Positions 1 through 9,073 of a stretch of DNA of 64,000 nt are shown here, in pieces. The number at the start of each line of letters is the position of its first letter. Within the stretch, counting starts at the first letter, position 1. The notes below the pieces were generated by a model. That model saw only the letters and a list, made by a program, of their open reading frames with translations. It was not told the DNA's origin and searched no databases. Both the position numbers and the translations under genes were made by a program. Source of the stretch: Gemmatimonadales bacterium. GTDB lineage: Bacteria; Gemmatimonadota; Gemmatimonadetes; Gemmatimonadales; GWC2-71-9. The stretch spans positions 45,533 through 109,532 of the forward strand of contig JBFJCP010000012.1 in the NCBI GenBank assembly GCA_041615815.1, given 5' to 3'.

Positions 1-500
1 GTGGCTCGCGCCACGGCACCGAGGTCACCAGCGGCCATCGTTGCGCGACGTATCCGCGCGCTCTCGAGCCCCGTCGCGCGCGCCACGGCCTCGATCATGA
101 TCCCCTCGAGCGCGCCTTGGCGGAGGTCCCCGAGCAGCAATCGGACGAGAAACTGCTGTTCGGTCTGCGTGGCCTCGGCAAACATCGAGGACAGGAGTTC
201 GCGTTTGGCGCGCGCTGAGCCCTTGCCTGCGATTCCCGCCATTCGCTCGAGGCGCTCGTCCACACTGCTCACCGTGAGCGTCGCCTCGCCGGCCGGCGGG
301 GTCGCTCGGGCCTCCCGTACGAGGGCCGGCCCTATTCCCAATCGGCCTTGTCGAGGTGCGCCAGACAAGTACGCGATGACGATCTCGATCTCCTCTGGCG
401 CCACGCAACGTAAGAGCGCGCTCAGGATCGACACTTTGTCAAGGCGTCCGCGTGCCGCCGCGACACGATGGGACGTCTGCCCCAACTCGTGAAACAACAC
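1..500 (-). CDS. ATP-dependent DNA ligase, N-terminal part (runs off the window edge)
   Basis: Not in the ORF track because there is no stop in the window. Manual translation from GTG at 500 gives MLFHELGQTSHRVAAARGRLDKVSILSALLR...IAYLSGAPRQGRLGIG...EQQFLVRLLLGDLRQGALEGIMIEAVARA, typical of the LigB-type DNA-binding domain. Confidence 0.85.
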   Translation of the reverse strand, partial: MLFHELGQTSHRVAAARGRLDKVSILSALLRCVAPEEIEIVIAYLSGAPRQGRLGIGPALVREARATPPAGEATLTVSSVDERLERMAGIAGKGSARAKRELLSSMFAEATQTEQQFLVRLLLGDLRQGALEGIMIEAVARATGLESARIRRATMAAGDLGAVARA

Positions 501-592
501 TATCGAGTCACTCGCGGCTGCAGCGTGTTTGGCACCGCATGGCAACGGATTGGTCCAAGGGACGTACCGGCATCGCGTATTCTCCGATCACC

Positions 593-970
593 ATGATGTC
601 TTACGAACGATTGGATGCATGGAAGGTCGCTCATGAGCTCGCGGTAGCGGTCTATCGCGCTACCAACGGGGTGGCCGCGGATCGTCGCGAGGACATCGTG
701 AGCCAACTCCGGCTCGTCTCCATCCTGGCACCGGCAAAGCTGGCGCACGGATCCTCCCGGCGCTCACGCAAGACGTTTCGGCGATTCGTGGAAATCGCGA
801 TCGGGTGTCTCGCGGAACTGGGATACCACGTGCGCCTCGCCGGTCAGGTGGGCCTCCTATCGAATTCCACGGTTCAGCGCCTCGATGCTCAGCGGGGTCG
901 GGCGGCGTTCTATGCGTGGAAACTGTATGTCTCGTTGGCGCCCACGCCGGATCCGGGGTCAGCGGATTGA
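593..970 (+). CDS. Four-helix-bundle protein (23S rRNA IVS protein-like family)
   Basis: MSYERLDAWKVAHELAVAVYRAT...SQLR...AKLAHGSSRRSRKTFRRFVEIAIGCLAELGYHVRLA family pattern. Confidence 0.8.
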   Translation: MMSYERLDAWKVAHELAVAVYRATNGVAADRREDIVSQLRLVSILAPAKLAHGSSRRSRKTFRRFVEIAIGCLAELGYHVRLAGQVGLLSNSTVQRLDAQRGRAAFYAWKLYVSLAPTPDPGSAD

Positions 971-1051
971 TCCAGCGCGCTCGTTTGTCACGTCAACCCG
1001 GGCCATGACAACCACCACCGATACGCTCACGCGACGCCTCGTCCTCCGCTC

Positions 1052-2095
1052 TCAACGAAACTCGAGCTTCGTCACGCGCCCGCTCGGCCCCACTGCCCAC
1101 CCCGTGCCGGAAGCCGTGAATCCGACACTCCAGTAACTCTCCTCCCGCAGCAGGTGCCAAGTTCGCGCGTTATCCGACGAGTAGGCCACGCCCGCGGGGC
1201 CCACGGCGACGACGACAGGATGCGCCGCGCCGGCATAGGCAATGCCGTAGACGGCGCCGGGAAAGGGCGGGCGGGCCGCCGGCGTCCACGTTCGCCCGCC
1301 ATCGGCCGTGACCGCGACATTGTCGGTAAAGCCATTCGGATTGCGCAGCTCGCCGCCGGCCGCAATCCCATGCTCCCGATCTCGAAACGCCAGTGCCATG
1401 ATGCCGGACGTGGACGTTCCTGCCACAACCGGCGCGGTAGTGATCGACCAGCTGTCTCCCCCATCCGTCGTGCGGAACACCCTCGCCGGGCCCCCTGCGC
1501 CGGTACCGATCCAGGCAAAGGCGGGGCGAGCCGTCACCAAACAGGTCCCACTGGCGGCGAATCCTCCCTCGCCGGCCAGGGCAGGCGGAAGACCCGCATC
1601 TGGCACCGCATTCCACGAGCGACCGCCGTCTACGGTCCGTACGATCACGAGCTTTCCGCCCACCGCGTCGCTGAAAGCGATGCCACGATTGGGATCCCAA
1701 AAATCGAAGCAGTCGAAGAACGCCTCGAGCACACGGTTGTGAAATTGCAGCGTCCACGTTCGCCCGGCGTCCACCGTCTTGTAGATACGCGACAGCGGGC
1801 CCGATCCGGCGCTCAACAGGTATGCCGTCCGTGCATCCACGGCGTGGACGTCGCGAAACTGAAGCGTATCGGCGCCGGGAACAACGCCGAGAAACCACGT
1901 ATCTCCGCCGTCCTCGGTCCGGGCGAACGTGCCGCGATGGCCCGAGACCCACGCTACACGATTGCTAGCCGCACTGACGGCCTGAAGGAGCACCGACGTG
2001 CCGGACACCTGGTCTCTCATCACCGGGCCTTCCTGCCCGGGGAGTGCCGTCTGCCAGGCAAGGCCCAAGCTCAACACGGTCACCGGTACACGCAT
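1052..2095 (-). CDS. Exported BNR/Ycf48-like beta-propeller protein
   Basis: Signal peptide; repeated T-x-DGG-x-T/S-W Asp-box motifs. Confidence 0.85.
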   Translation of the reverse strand: MRVPVTVLSLGLAWQTALPGQEGPVMRDQVSGTSVLLQAVSAASNRVAWVSGHRGTFARTEDGGDTWFLGVVPGADTLQFRDVHAVDARTAYLLSAGSGPLSRIYKTVDAGRTWTLQFHNRVLEAFFDCFDFWDPNRGIAFSDAVGGKLVIVRTVDGGRSWNAVPDAGLPPALAGEGGFAASGTCLVTARPAFAWIGTGAGGPARVFRTTDGGDSWSITTAPVVAGTSTSGIMALAFRDREHGIAAGGELRNPNGFTDNVAVTADGGRTWTPAARPPFPGAVYGIAYAGAAHPVVVAVGPAGVAYSSDNARTWHLLREESYWSVGFTASGTGWAVGPSGRVTKLEFR

Positions 2096-2377
2096 GCGAT
2101 CAATCGACTCCTACGCGGTGATCCCACCTCTCGGAGACATGACTTCCCAATCTGCTGAGGGACCAGGATGAGGAATAGCACCTCCTTGCGCTCTCCCCGA
2201 GGGGGACCCCTAACGGGATGTGCCCCGCCGCATCATTTTACCCTCTCGGGTCGCGAGATCCGAGAGGTGCTCGACCGGGTTTGCCGAACCTAACGACGTT
2301 CCGCACCGGCGGCCGGGACGCTCATCCAATGCCCGCCGCCGCGCGATTCCGAGAGTTCCGCACAAGGAGTTTGGACC

Positions 2378-3235
2378 ATGAGCAAGTACGCCAATCCCGA
2401 TGTCTTGGTCTCGACCGACTGGGTCGAGGCGCATGCCGGAGATCCCGAAATCGTCGTCGCTGAAGTCAATGTCGACACGGATCTCTACGACAAGGGTCAC
2501 GTGCCTGGCGCCGTGGGTTGGAGCTGGAGGACACAGCTGTGCGACACGGTACGGCGTGACATTCTGTCGAAGCGAGACATGGAGAAGCTGCTGTCCGAAT
2601 CTGGCGTGAAGCCGGATTCCACGATCGTGCTCTACGGCGATAGCAACAACTGGTTCGCCGCTTGGGCATTCTGGCAACTCAAGGTCTACGGACACCGCGA
2701 TGTCCGCCTCATGAACGGCGGCCGGAAGAAGTGGGAGAAGGAAGGTCGCAAGATGGTGAAAGACAAACCGTCGGTGACCAAGACGAAGTATCAGGCCAAG
2801 AACGCCGATCTGGCTCTGCGGGCGTTCCTTCCCGAAGTCCGCGAGCAGGTGGACAAGAAGAAGGTGGAACTGGTGGACGTCCGCAGCCCGCAGGAGTTCA
2901 GTGGTGAGGTCCTTGCGCCCCCCGGGCTTCCCGAAACCTGCCAACGAGGCGGCCACATTCCCGGTGCGTCCAACATCCCTTGGGCCAAGGCCGTCAACGA
3001 CGAAGATGGCACGTTCAAGAGCGCCGACGAGCTGCGCAAGATCTACCAGGAGGCCGGGATCACCGGCAAGAAGCCCATCATCGCCTACTGCCGTATTGGC
3101 GAGCGTAGCAGCCACTCGTGGTTTGTGCTCAAGTACCTCTTGGGATACGACGGCGTCAAGAATTACGACGGATCGTGGACCGAGTGGGGGAATCTGGTGG
3201 GGGCACCCGTAGCGGTGGGGCCGAACAGCGGCTAA
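2378..3235 (+). CDS. Tandem-domain rhodanese / thiosulfate sulfurtransferase (CysA type)
   Basis: GHVPGA, YCRIGERSS active-site loop, C-terminal YDGSWTEW; AAGGAG RBS. Confidence 0.95.
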   Translation: MSKYANPDVLVSTDWVEAHAGDPEIVVAEVNVDTDLYDKGHVPGAVGWSWRTQLCDTVRRDILSKRDMEKLLSESGVKPDSTIVLYGDSNNWFAAWAFWQLKVYGHRDVRLMNGGRKKWEKEGRKMVKDKPSVTKTKYQAKNADLALRAFLPEVREQVDKKKVELVDVRSPQEFSGEVLAPPGLPETCQRGGHIPGASNIPWAKAVNDEDGTFKSADELRKIYQEAGITGKKPIIAYCRIGERSSHSWFVLKYLLGYDGVKNYDGSWTEWGNLVGAPVAVGPNSG

Positions 3236-3258
3236 CGGCATCTTCGTCCGCGGTGATC

Positions 3259-3293
3259 GACGGGGCGCGCGTTTGCGCGCCCCGTCTTCTTTT
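3259..3293 (+). terminator. Rho-independent terminator
   Basis: GACGGGGCGCGC-GTTT-GCGCGCCCCGTC followed by TTCTTTT, just after the rhodanese stop. Confidence 0.8.
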
Positions 3294-3570
3294 ACCGACG
3301 CATGAACTATATCACAAGTTGGGCGTGCCGCGAGACGCAGACCTGCCGATCGCAAGTCTCGTATCTTGGACTTGCCTACGAGTGTCGGCGATTCCCATAC
3401 CTGTCTCGAAAACGGACGCCCTGCATCAAAACCTTACGCCTCTGGCCTCCGTCTCGGCTCAACTTCTTGAACTGGCAGGGATCTTATCCGGCACCGGCCG
3501 TCGGCAGCAGCCGTCCGCCCGTCGCGAGCGCGCCGTGCCGATGTTTGAACGACAACAGGAGACGAGGATA

Positions 3571-3996
3571 ATGAGGAAGATCATTCGCGCAGTGTCGCTG
3601 ACGTTTTCCCTCACGGCCGTGGCCGCTTGTAGCAGCCCCACCGAACTTACGGTACAAAACCTCGAAGGTACCTGGGATGCGTCTCAGATTTTGTTCACCA
3701 ACCAGGCCAACACAGCCGAAACCGTCGAGGAGATTGCACTTGGGGCGAGCCTGGTTGTGACCGTGAATGCTGACGGTACGATCAGCAGCTTGTACACCGA
3801 CCCGCAGGGGGGCACCAGCTCCGATTCGGGCGCCTTGAATGCCGAAGGAACTCAGTTGACCCTCGCGGGGGACACCTTCCAGGCAAACTTATCAGGCGGC
3901 AGCCTCCGCCTCATCGATGCGACGAGCACCTACGACTTCGATAGCGACGGGACCGACGATCCGGCAACGTTGACCATCGACCTGGTACGCCGCTAG
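3571..3996 (+). CDS. Hypothetical lipoprotein (lipocalin-like fold possible)
   Basis: MRKIIRAVSLTFSLTAVAAC lipobox, LEGTW motif, GAGGA RBS. Confidence 0.7.
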   Translation: MRKIIRAVSLTFSLTAVAACSSPTELTVQNLEGTWDASQILFTNQANTAETVEEIALGASLVVTVNADGTISSLYTDPQGGTSSDSGALNAEGTQLTLAGDTFQANLSGGSLRLIDATSTYDFDSDGTDDPATLTIDLVRR

Positions 3997-4309
3997 ACAG
4001 ACTGTTACCCAACACCATGCGGGCGTCCACCAGGGCGCCCGTGTGGCGTTGGCACCATCCGGCGGCCCGAACGCGAGCCCTCGCGCAAGACATTTCGAGG
4101 CTGCACCAACACGAACGTGTTCTTAGCCCGCCATCAATCGCCGCGTGCGCGGACAGCGGTGATCCACCCTATCACCACAACACCCCTCATGGACGCCCCA
4201 AGAGGTTCCTTCCCGCAGCCGACGGCGATCACGCGCTTAACACCCGCCCGCCGGTTCCGTCATACGGGCAGCAAGGGGACGAGAACCGAGGAAACAACGG
4301 GAGACGCAA

Positions 4310-4678
4310 ATGCGATATCTACAGACCATACTGCTTGCTGCCCTGCTCGCGGTGGCGTGGCCGATGGACGCGAGCGCGCAGCGGCCCGACGCTCCTCGCA
4401 CGGCGCGCAAGGCAATGGCCTCGCACCACCATGCCAAGCACCGCGCGCTCCGGCGCGACCGCCTCGAAGACAGGCGCGACCGACGCGAGGACCGCCGTGA
4501 CCGGCGCGAAGATAAGTGGGACCGGCGTGAGGACGTGCTCGACCGTCGTCACGACGGTGGACGCCGGGACCGTCTCGAGGACGTGCGCGACCGACGCGAG
4601 GATCGTCGAGACCGTTTGGAGAATAAGCGTGACCGGCGGGAAGACCGGCGAGACCGCAAGCGCGGATTCCCCGGGTAA
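4310..4678 (+). CDS. Exported highly charged heptad-repeat protein
   Basis: Signal peptide (ASA-Q), then (DRREDRR)-like repeats; GGGAG RBS. Confidence 0.7.
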   Translation: MRYLQTILLAALLAVAWPMDASAQRPDAPRTARKAMASHHHAKHRALRRDRLEDRRDRREDRRDRREDKWDRREDVLDRRHDGGRRDRLEDVRDRREDRRDRLENKRDRREDRRDRKRGFPG

Positions 4679-4684
4679 GCATGC

Positions 4685-4714
4685 CACGCCGCGGGCCTTA
4701 GGGCCCGCGGCGTG
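4685..4714. terminator. Bidirectional terminator hairpin
   Basis: CACGCCGCGGGCC-TTAG-GGCCCGCGGCGTG between convergent genes. Confidence 0.65.
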
Positions 4715-4719
4715 CACGG

Positions 4720-6561
4720 TTAATGGAACCTCCGGTACTGTGCGAGCCGATCCTGCAGCTTTGCCACCAGGGCCGGGTCACCCGAGGCCTCCGCCGCCGC
4801 GACGGCCTGTTCGGCCACACGGACAGCATCCGCGCGTCGCCCGGCTGCCGCGTACAGTGCCGCGAGAAGGTCGAGGGCACCGGGATCCCGCGATTCCGTA
4901 TACTCGACCGCTCGCTCGGCTAGACGCGTCGCCTGCTGGACGTCGCGAGGGACACTGCTCGAATCGCCGAGCAGCTGCGCCCACGTGATCAGGGGACCCG
5001 CACCCTCCGGCACGAGACGAATTGCCTCTTCGAGGTGGGGAACCGCCGCGTCGCCGCGACCTGCTTCGATGAGCGCCCGCGCGAGTCCGTGATGTGCATC
5101 AGCGTCGTCGGCACGGTGGCCAAGCGCCTCCCGGTAACTCGCGATGGCATCCTGAACGCGACCAGCTACCAGATGCTCGTCGCCTTCGATGCGTGCCAGG
5201 TAGGCCCATCTCGAGACGTCGTCCACGTAGTACTTCCATCCGAGCTTGCGCTCGAGCTGGTCACGGTCCGCCGCTTTACGCGGCAACACCTGCACCACCA
5301 GGTCCGCCATTTCGTGTCGCGATGTGGGACCGTACCGCACGCGCTGCGGCGGGCTGCTGGGATTCCGGAGATTCGTGCTCGAGTTGTCATAGACGTAGCG
5401 CATGAACAATACCGAGCCTTCGGGCAACGCGATGGGCTTTCGATAGTGGTACTCGTCCTGCCAGTTGAAGTCCCAGTCCTCGATCAGGATGAGCCACCGG
5501 CGCTTGCCGTTCGGCAACCTGGCATACCCTTCCATCCTCGTCGCCAGGTAATGCGCGTGCGGATAAACACCCAAGACCTGCACGGCCACCGGGAGAGGGA
5601 ACGAGTCCACGACCACATAGTCGGATTTGCCAGCGGGAATGTCGACGGTTCGTGATCCCAGCATAACGACGCTGGGGTAACGCGCCGGCGGTTTCTCGGC
5701 AAAATGCAGACCGACGCGGGCCCGGATTTGTTCGGTCGCATCACTGGGTCGAAGATGGAGTTGGAGCACGAGATCGGTGCCGGGATCCAAGCGCCAGGCG
5801 AGGCCGTCGCCGCGGCCAGATTGGACCCGTCCCGGCGTCCACCCAATGAAGAATCCCTCTGGGCTCGCGGCTGCACTCACGACCTCCATACCGTCGAATC
5901 CGGGCGCCGGATCGCGTGCATCCTCATCGCGAGACGATGCCGTCGAATCCACCATCAATCGAGCATGATGCACCACCCGGTAGTTTCCCGGCCGTACCTC
6001 GATGGCCTCGACGAAACGAGTCTCATCGATCGGTACGCGCGCCACGAAGTTTCGATATTGCTCGCCGCTCCCCACCGACAGCGTGAACGAAGGAAAATCT
6101 ACCACGAGGTCCGGATCGCCTAGCTGCCATCCATCGGGCCAGCGGGGCGGCTCTGGCGCGGTGGTAGGATCGCCCTGCGGGGCCCCGTTATCCGCCCATC
6201 GGCGGATCAGCTCGATGTCGCGCTTGTCGAGTCGTCGCTCAGCCGCGAACTCTCCGTGACCGGAAGACGGCAACCACGGTGGCATGAACCGCCGCTCGAC
6301 GGCGGCCGCAATCAGAGGAGCATACTTCCGAGCGTCGTCGTAGGAGAGAAGGCTGAAGGGTGCCGGACCTTCGGGCCGGTGGCAGACAGCGCAATCGCGG
6401 TACAGAATGGGAGCCACATCGTCGACGAAGGTCGGACGCTGTGCCTCGGCCGAGTCCGGGTGGAAGCCGAGCGCCAGCAAAACGAAGATCCCCAGACCAC
6501 CGGTCCTCAGGCTGGGAGGAGTCCTCGCGGATGCAACATCCGACATGCAGCCGATGCCCAT
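4720..6561 (-). CDS. Exported heme c + copper type II (PHM/DbH-like) monooxygenase-domain protein with C-terminal TPR repeats
   Basis: CAVCH heme motif; VVHHARL, QLHLR, YPHAHY and HEM copper-ligand pattern; WDFNWQ; TPR-like helices. Start uncertain (6546 or 6561). Confidence 0.8.
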   Translation of the reverse strand: MGIGCMSDVASARTPPSLRTGGLGIFVLLALGFHPDSAEAQRPTFVDDVAPILYRDCAVCHRPEGPAPFSLLSYDDARKYAPLIAAAVERRFMPPWLPSSGHGEFAAERRLDKRDIELIRRWADNGAPQGDPTTAPEPPRWPDGWQLGDPDLVVDFPSFTLSVGSGEQYRNFVARVPIDETRFVEAIEVRPGNYRVVHHARLMVDSTASSRDEDARDPAPGFDGMEVVSAAASPEGFFIGWTPGRVQSGRGDGLAWRLDPGTDLVLQLHLRPSDATEQIRARVGLHFAEKPPARYPSVVMLGSRTVDIPAGKSDYVVVDSFPLPVAVQVLGVYPHAHYLATRMEGYARLPNGKRRWLILIEDWDFNWQDEYHYRKPIALPEGSVLFMRYVYDNSSTNLRNPSSPPQRVRYGPTSRHEMADLVVQVLPRKAADRDQLERKLGWKYYVDDVSRWAYLARIEGDEHLVAGRVQDAIASYREALGHRADDADAHHGLARALIEAGRGDAAVPHLEEAIRLVPEGAGPLITWAQLLGDSSSVPRDVQQATRLAERAVEYTESRDPGALDLLAALYAAAGRRADAVRVAEQAVAAAEASGDPALVAKLQDRLAQYRRFH

Positions 6562-6563
6562 CG

Positions 6564-8810
6564 TCAGAGAGCGAATGTGAACTGCCGCGTGAACTTGACG
6601 ATCAGCGCCCGATCCAGCGGGCCGGTGGACCCCACCGTCCGCTCGATGGTGTTGAAGACGACGAAGAGTCCCGTGCCAGCCGTACTGAGCCATCCCAGAC
6701 GAAAATTCCCCGAGAACTCGTCGTCCTGATTGTTGTACTGCACGAGCGATTGGAGATAGATCCGGGGCGTGAACGCGTACGACATCCGGAGTCCCACGAG
6801 TGCCGTTTCGAAGCTCCCCTGGGGCAGATCCACGTCATCGACGCTATGCCGCAGTTCGGCGATGAAGCGAGAGCCAACACGGGCACCGAAGCTCCCGGAC
6901 AGACTCTTTCGGTGACCGCCATAGAATCCTCCGACTTCGAAGCGGCCACGATATGAGAGCGGGGCACTCAGATTGGTGTTGAATGCGAACCCCCATTCGA
7001 CGTTGTCATACGTTCCCGGCGGGATGATCACCCCGTCGGCGATCTCGAAGGGATCCTTCAGGCCCTCGCGCGTGAGATTGACGGCGGGGAGTTGGAAGAA
7101 TGCGCCGTTGGCGAACTCGAAGTGGCTGTCGATATGTACTACGCGAGTTTCCGTGAACCCGTCGAGATCGAAAAACTCGCGGTAGGAGATGTGCGGGCGC
7201 AACTCGCGAAACCAGGAGAGTCCCGGGGTGCGGACGTGGCGCAAGATGCGGGCACTTGCGAAGCGATAGGACGAGCGGTCCAGAAATCCGACTTCCGGGT
7301 TGAACGATTCCGCCACCTCGCGAAACGAGCCGCCCACGAACCAGTTGCGCGTGGTGTAGCTCCCGCTCATGCCAAAGGCGTGCTGCCCGCCAATGGCATC
7401 CGGTGTGGTGGTCCGCACCGCGTACCCATCGAACGTGAACGCCGTGCCAAGCCCCAGCCGTCCGTCCACCCCGTATGTCAGATTGTGATCCGACGTATCG
7501 TCGGTGTTGAGCCGGCTCGTGAAGACAGCGCCAAAGCGCGATCGGTTGGGGAGTTCTCGTACCACCCGAGCAGCGCCATAATTGGTTTCCGCAATGGCGG
7601 TCTCGACGCCGGCGGTCTGAATATTGAGCAGACCGAAAGTGAATCCTCCGGCTTTGCCACTGAGGCGCGTCCCGCCACGAATGGGCACGACCCGCGTGTT
7701 CTCTTGCGCGTCCTCGGCAATTCCGATTCGACGACTGAAAAACACCTCCACCGATTGGGGCGTTCCCACGGCGAAGGTCCCAGCGTTTTCCAGGAAGAAG
7801 GGACGCTTTTCCGGAAAGAACAGTCGAAAGCGCGTCAGGTTGACCTGCTGTTCGTCCACCTCCACCTGGGCAAAGTCCGTGTTGTACGTGAGATCCATCG
7901 TGAGGCTCGGCGTGATCCCGATCTTCGCGTCTCCTCCCACGTCTGCCGACAGATCCGTATCGGTTTCATTGACGAAATCCCGATGCGCAGTACTCAAGCC
8001 GTAGGGGGTCACGGTCACGATGTGGTGGGACGGGGCCTCGATCCCCAGGAGTGTGCCCGCTAGCGACACGCGGTACAGGTCGAACTGACGAGGAATCGGC
8101 GCCCAAAAGGCTTGCTCGTTACGCCGGCGAATGAAGCGAGCGAGGTTCAAGCCCCAGCGCTGTGGCCCCCCGCGTCCGTAGCGCAAGGTCGAGAAAGGAA
8201 TGCGATACTCGGCGTACCAGCCTCCCTCGTCCACCGTCGCCGCCACGTCCCAGCTCCCATCCCAGTTGAGATTTAATCCCCCGCCGGATCCGGCTTGCTG
8301 TCTCGTCCCGGTGAAGCCACCCTCCCCCTCTTTGGTGACCTGCCCGTCATACTCGATGCCCGCCGGAGTAGTACCGAAAACGAAGGCGTTCTGGCGGTCC
8401 AAGTAGGTGTCGAGCACGAGCAGAAACGCGTCCATGTCCGCGAGATCCACGTCTCGCCGGGCCTCGCCTTGGACAATGGCCGCGGGATCGGTGTCGTAGA
8501 GCCACGCCCCGACGTAGATCGCGTCATCGTCAAACGCGATCCGAACCTCGGTGCGCTCGCTCGAGGGACGACCTTCGAAGGGCTCGTTCTGAATGAAGTT
8601 CGTGATGGCGGGTCCGCGGCTCCATACCAGATCGTCCAGCCGTCCGTCGATGACTGGTGGTTGGTCCGTCCGCACACCGTGCGCGCGTACGGAACCTTCG
8701 GCCACTGACGGGTCCGTGCGGGCACCGGTTTCTTGCCCATGGGCCACCGCGGCTGCACCCGCCACGTGCACCATGAGCAACAGGACTGTCGAGCGCGTGA
8801 AGGGGGGCAT
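6564..8810 (-). CDS. CBM9-like + DUF5916 outer-membrane protein
   Basis: IDGRLDD, WYAEYRIPFSTLRY, NTDFAQVEVD...LFFPEKRPFFLE, FFSRRIG motifs. Confidence 0.85.
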   Translation of the reverse strand: MPPFTRSTVLLLMVHVAGAAAVAHGQETGARTDPSVAEGSVRAHGVRTDQPPVIDGRLDDLVWSRGPAITNFIQNEPFEGRPSSERTEVRIAFDDDAIYVGAWLYDTDPAAIVQGEARRDVDLADMDAFLLVLDTYLDRQNAFVFGTTPAGIEYDGQVTKEGEGGFTGTRQQAGSGGGLNLNWDGSWDVAATVDEGGWYAEYRIPFSTLRYGRGGPQRWGLNLARFIRRRNEQAFWAPIPRQFDLYRVSLAGTLLGIEAPSHHIVTVTPYGLSTAHRDFVNETDTDLSADVGGDAKIGITPSLTMDLTYNTDFAQVEVDEQQVNLTRFRLFFPEKRPFFLENAGTFAVGTPQSVEVFFSRRIGIAEDAQENTRVVPIRGGTRLSGKAGGFTFGLLNIQTAGVETAIAETNYGAARVVRELPNRSRFGAVFTSRLNTDDTSDHNLTYGVDGRLGLGTAFTFDGYAVRTTTPDAIGGQHAFGMSGSYTTRNWFVGGSFREVAESFNPEVGFLDRSSYRFASARILRHVRTPGLSWFRELRPHISYREFFDLDGFTETRVVHIDSHFEFANGAFFQLPAVNLTREGLKDPFEIADGVIIPPGTYDNVEWGFAFNTNLSAPLSYRGRFEVGGFYGGHRKSLSGSFGARVGSRFIAELRHSVDDVDLPQGSFETALVGLRMSYAFTPRIYLQSLVQYNNQDDEFSGNFRLGWLSTAGTGLFVVFNTIERTVGSTGPLDRALIVKFTRQFTFAL

Positions 8811-9073
8811 GACGACCAAATATACACGTCGCGCAGCGGGACATGAGGCATCAGCAACTTGGCAACGGACAATTCGCCAGTGCCTTCATGAAGAACGTGA
8901 GCACGGCGCGGTGGGCAAGGTGACAAGGTGCAATGGACACTCGTAGAGCGCGCGCCGGCCACATGAAGGCCCGCGGCGTGGCCGCGCTCGATGACATCGA
9001 CAACCGTGGAAAGACGTAGCTGCTGGTGGATCTCGTTACTCCGGTCCGAAGCTGGGGACCGCCGGGCGCAGCA

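Noticed and set aside
593..970. Four-helix-bundle gene as a 23S rRNA IVS or DGR accessory (Avd) gene
   Set aside because: No rRNA, reverse transcriptase or template/variable repeat pair nearby; stand-alone copies are common.
1154..3355. Long antisense ORFs (1154-2158 +, 2210-3355 -) and many similar ones across the window
   Set aside because: Shadow frames of well-supported genes in high-GC DNA, with no motifs.
4452..4660. Possible CRISPR array or non-coding tandem repeat
   Set aside because: Degenerate 21-nt repeats without spacers, in frame within a signal-peptide-bearing ORF.
8820..9073. Short ORFs between the DUF5916 and GGDEF-EAL genes
   Set aside because: Too short, with no motif or family support.
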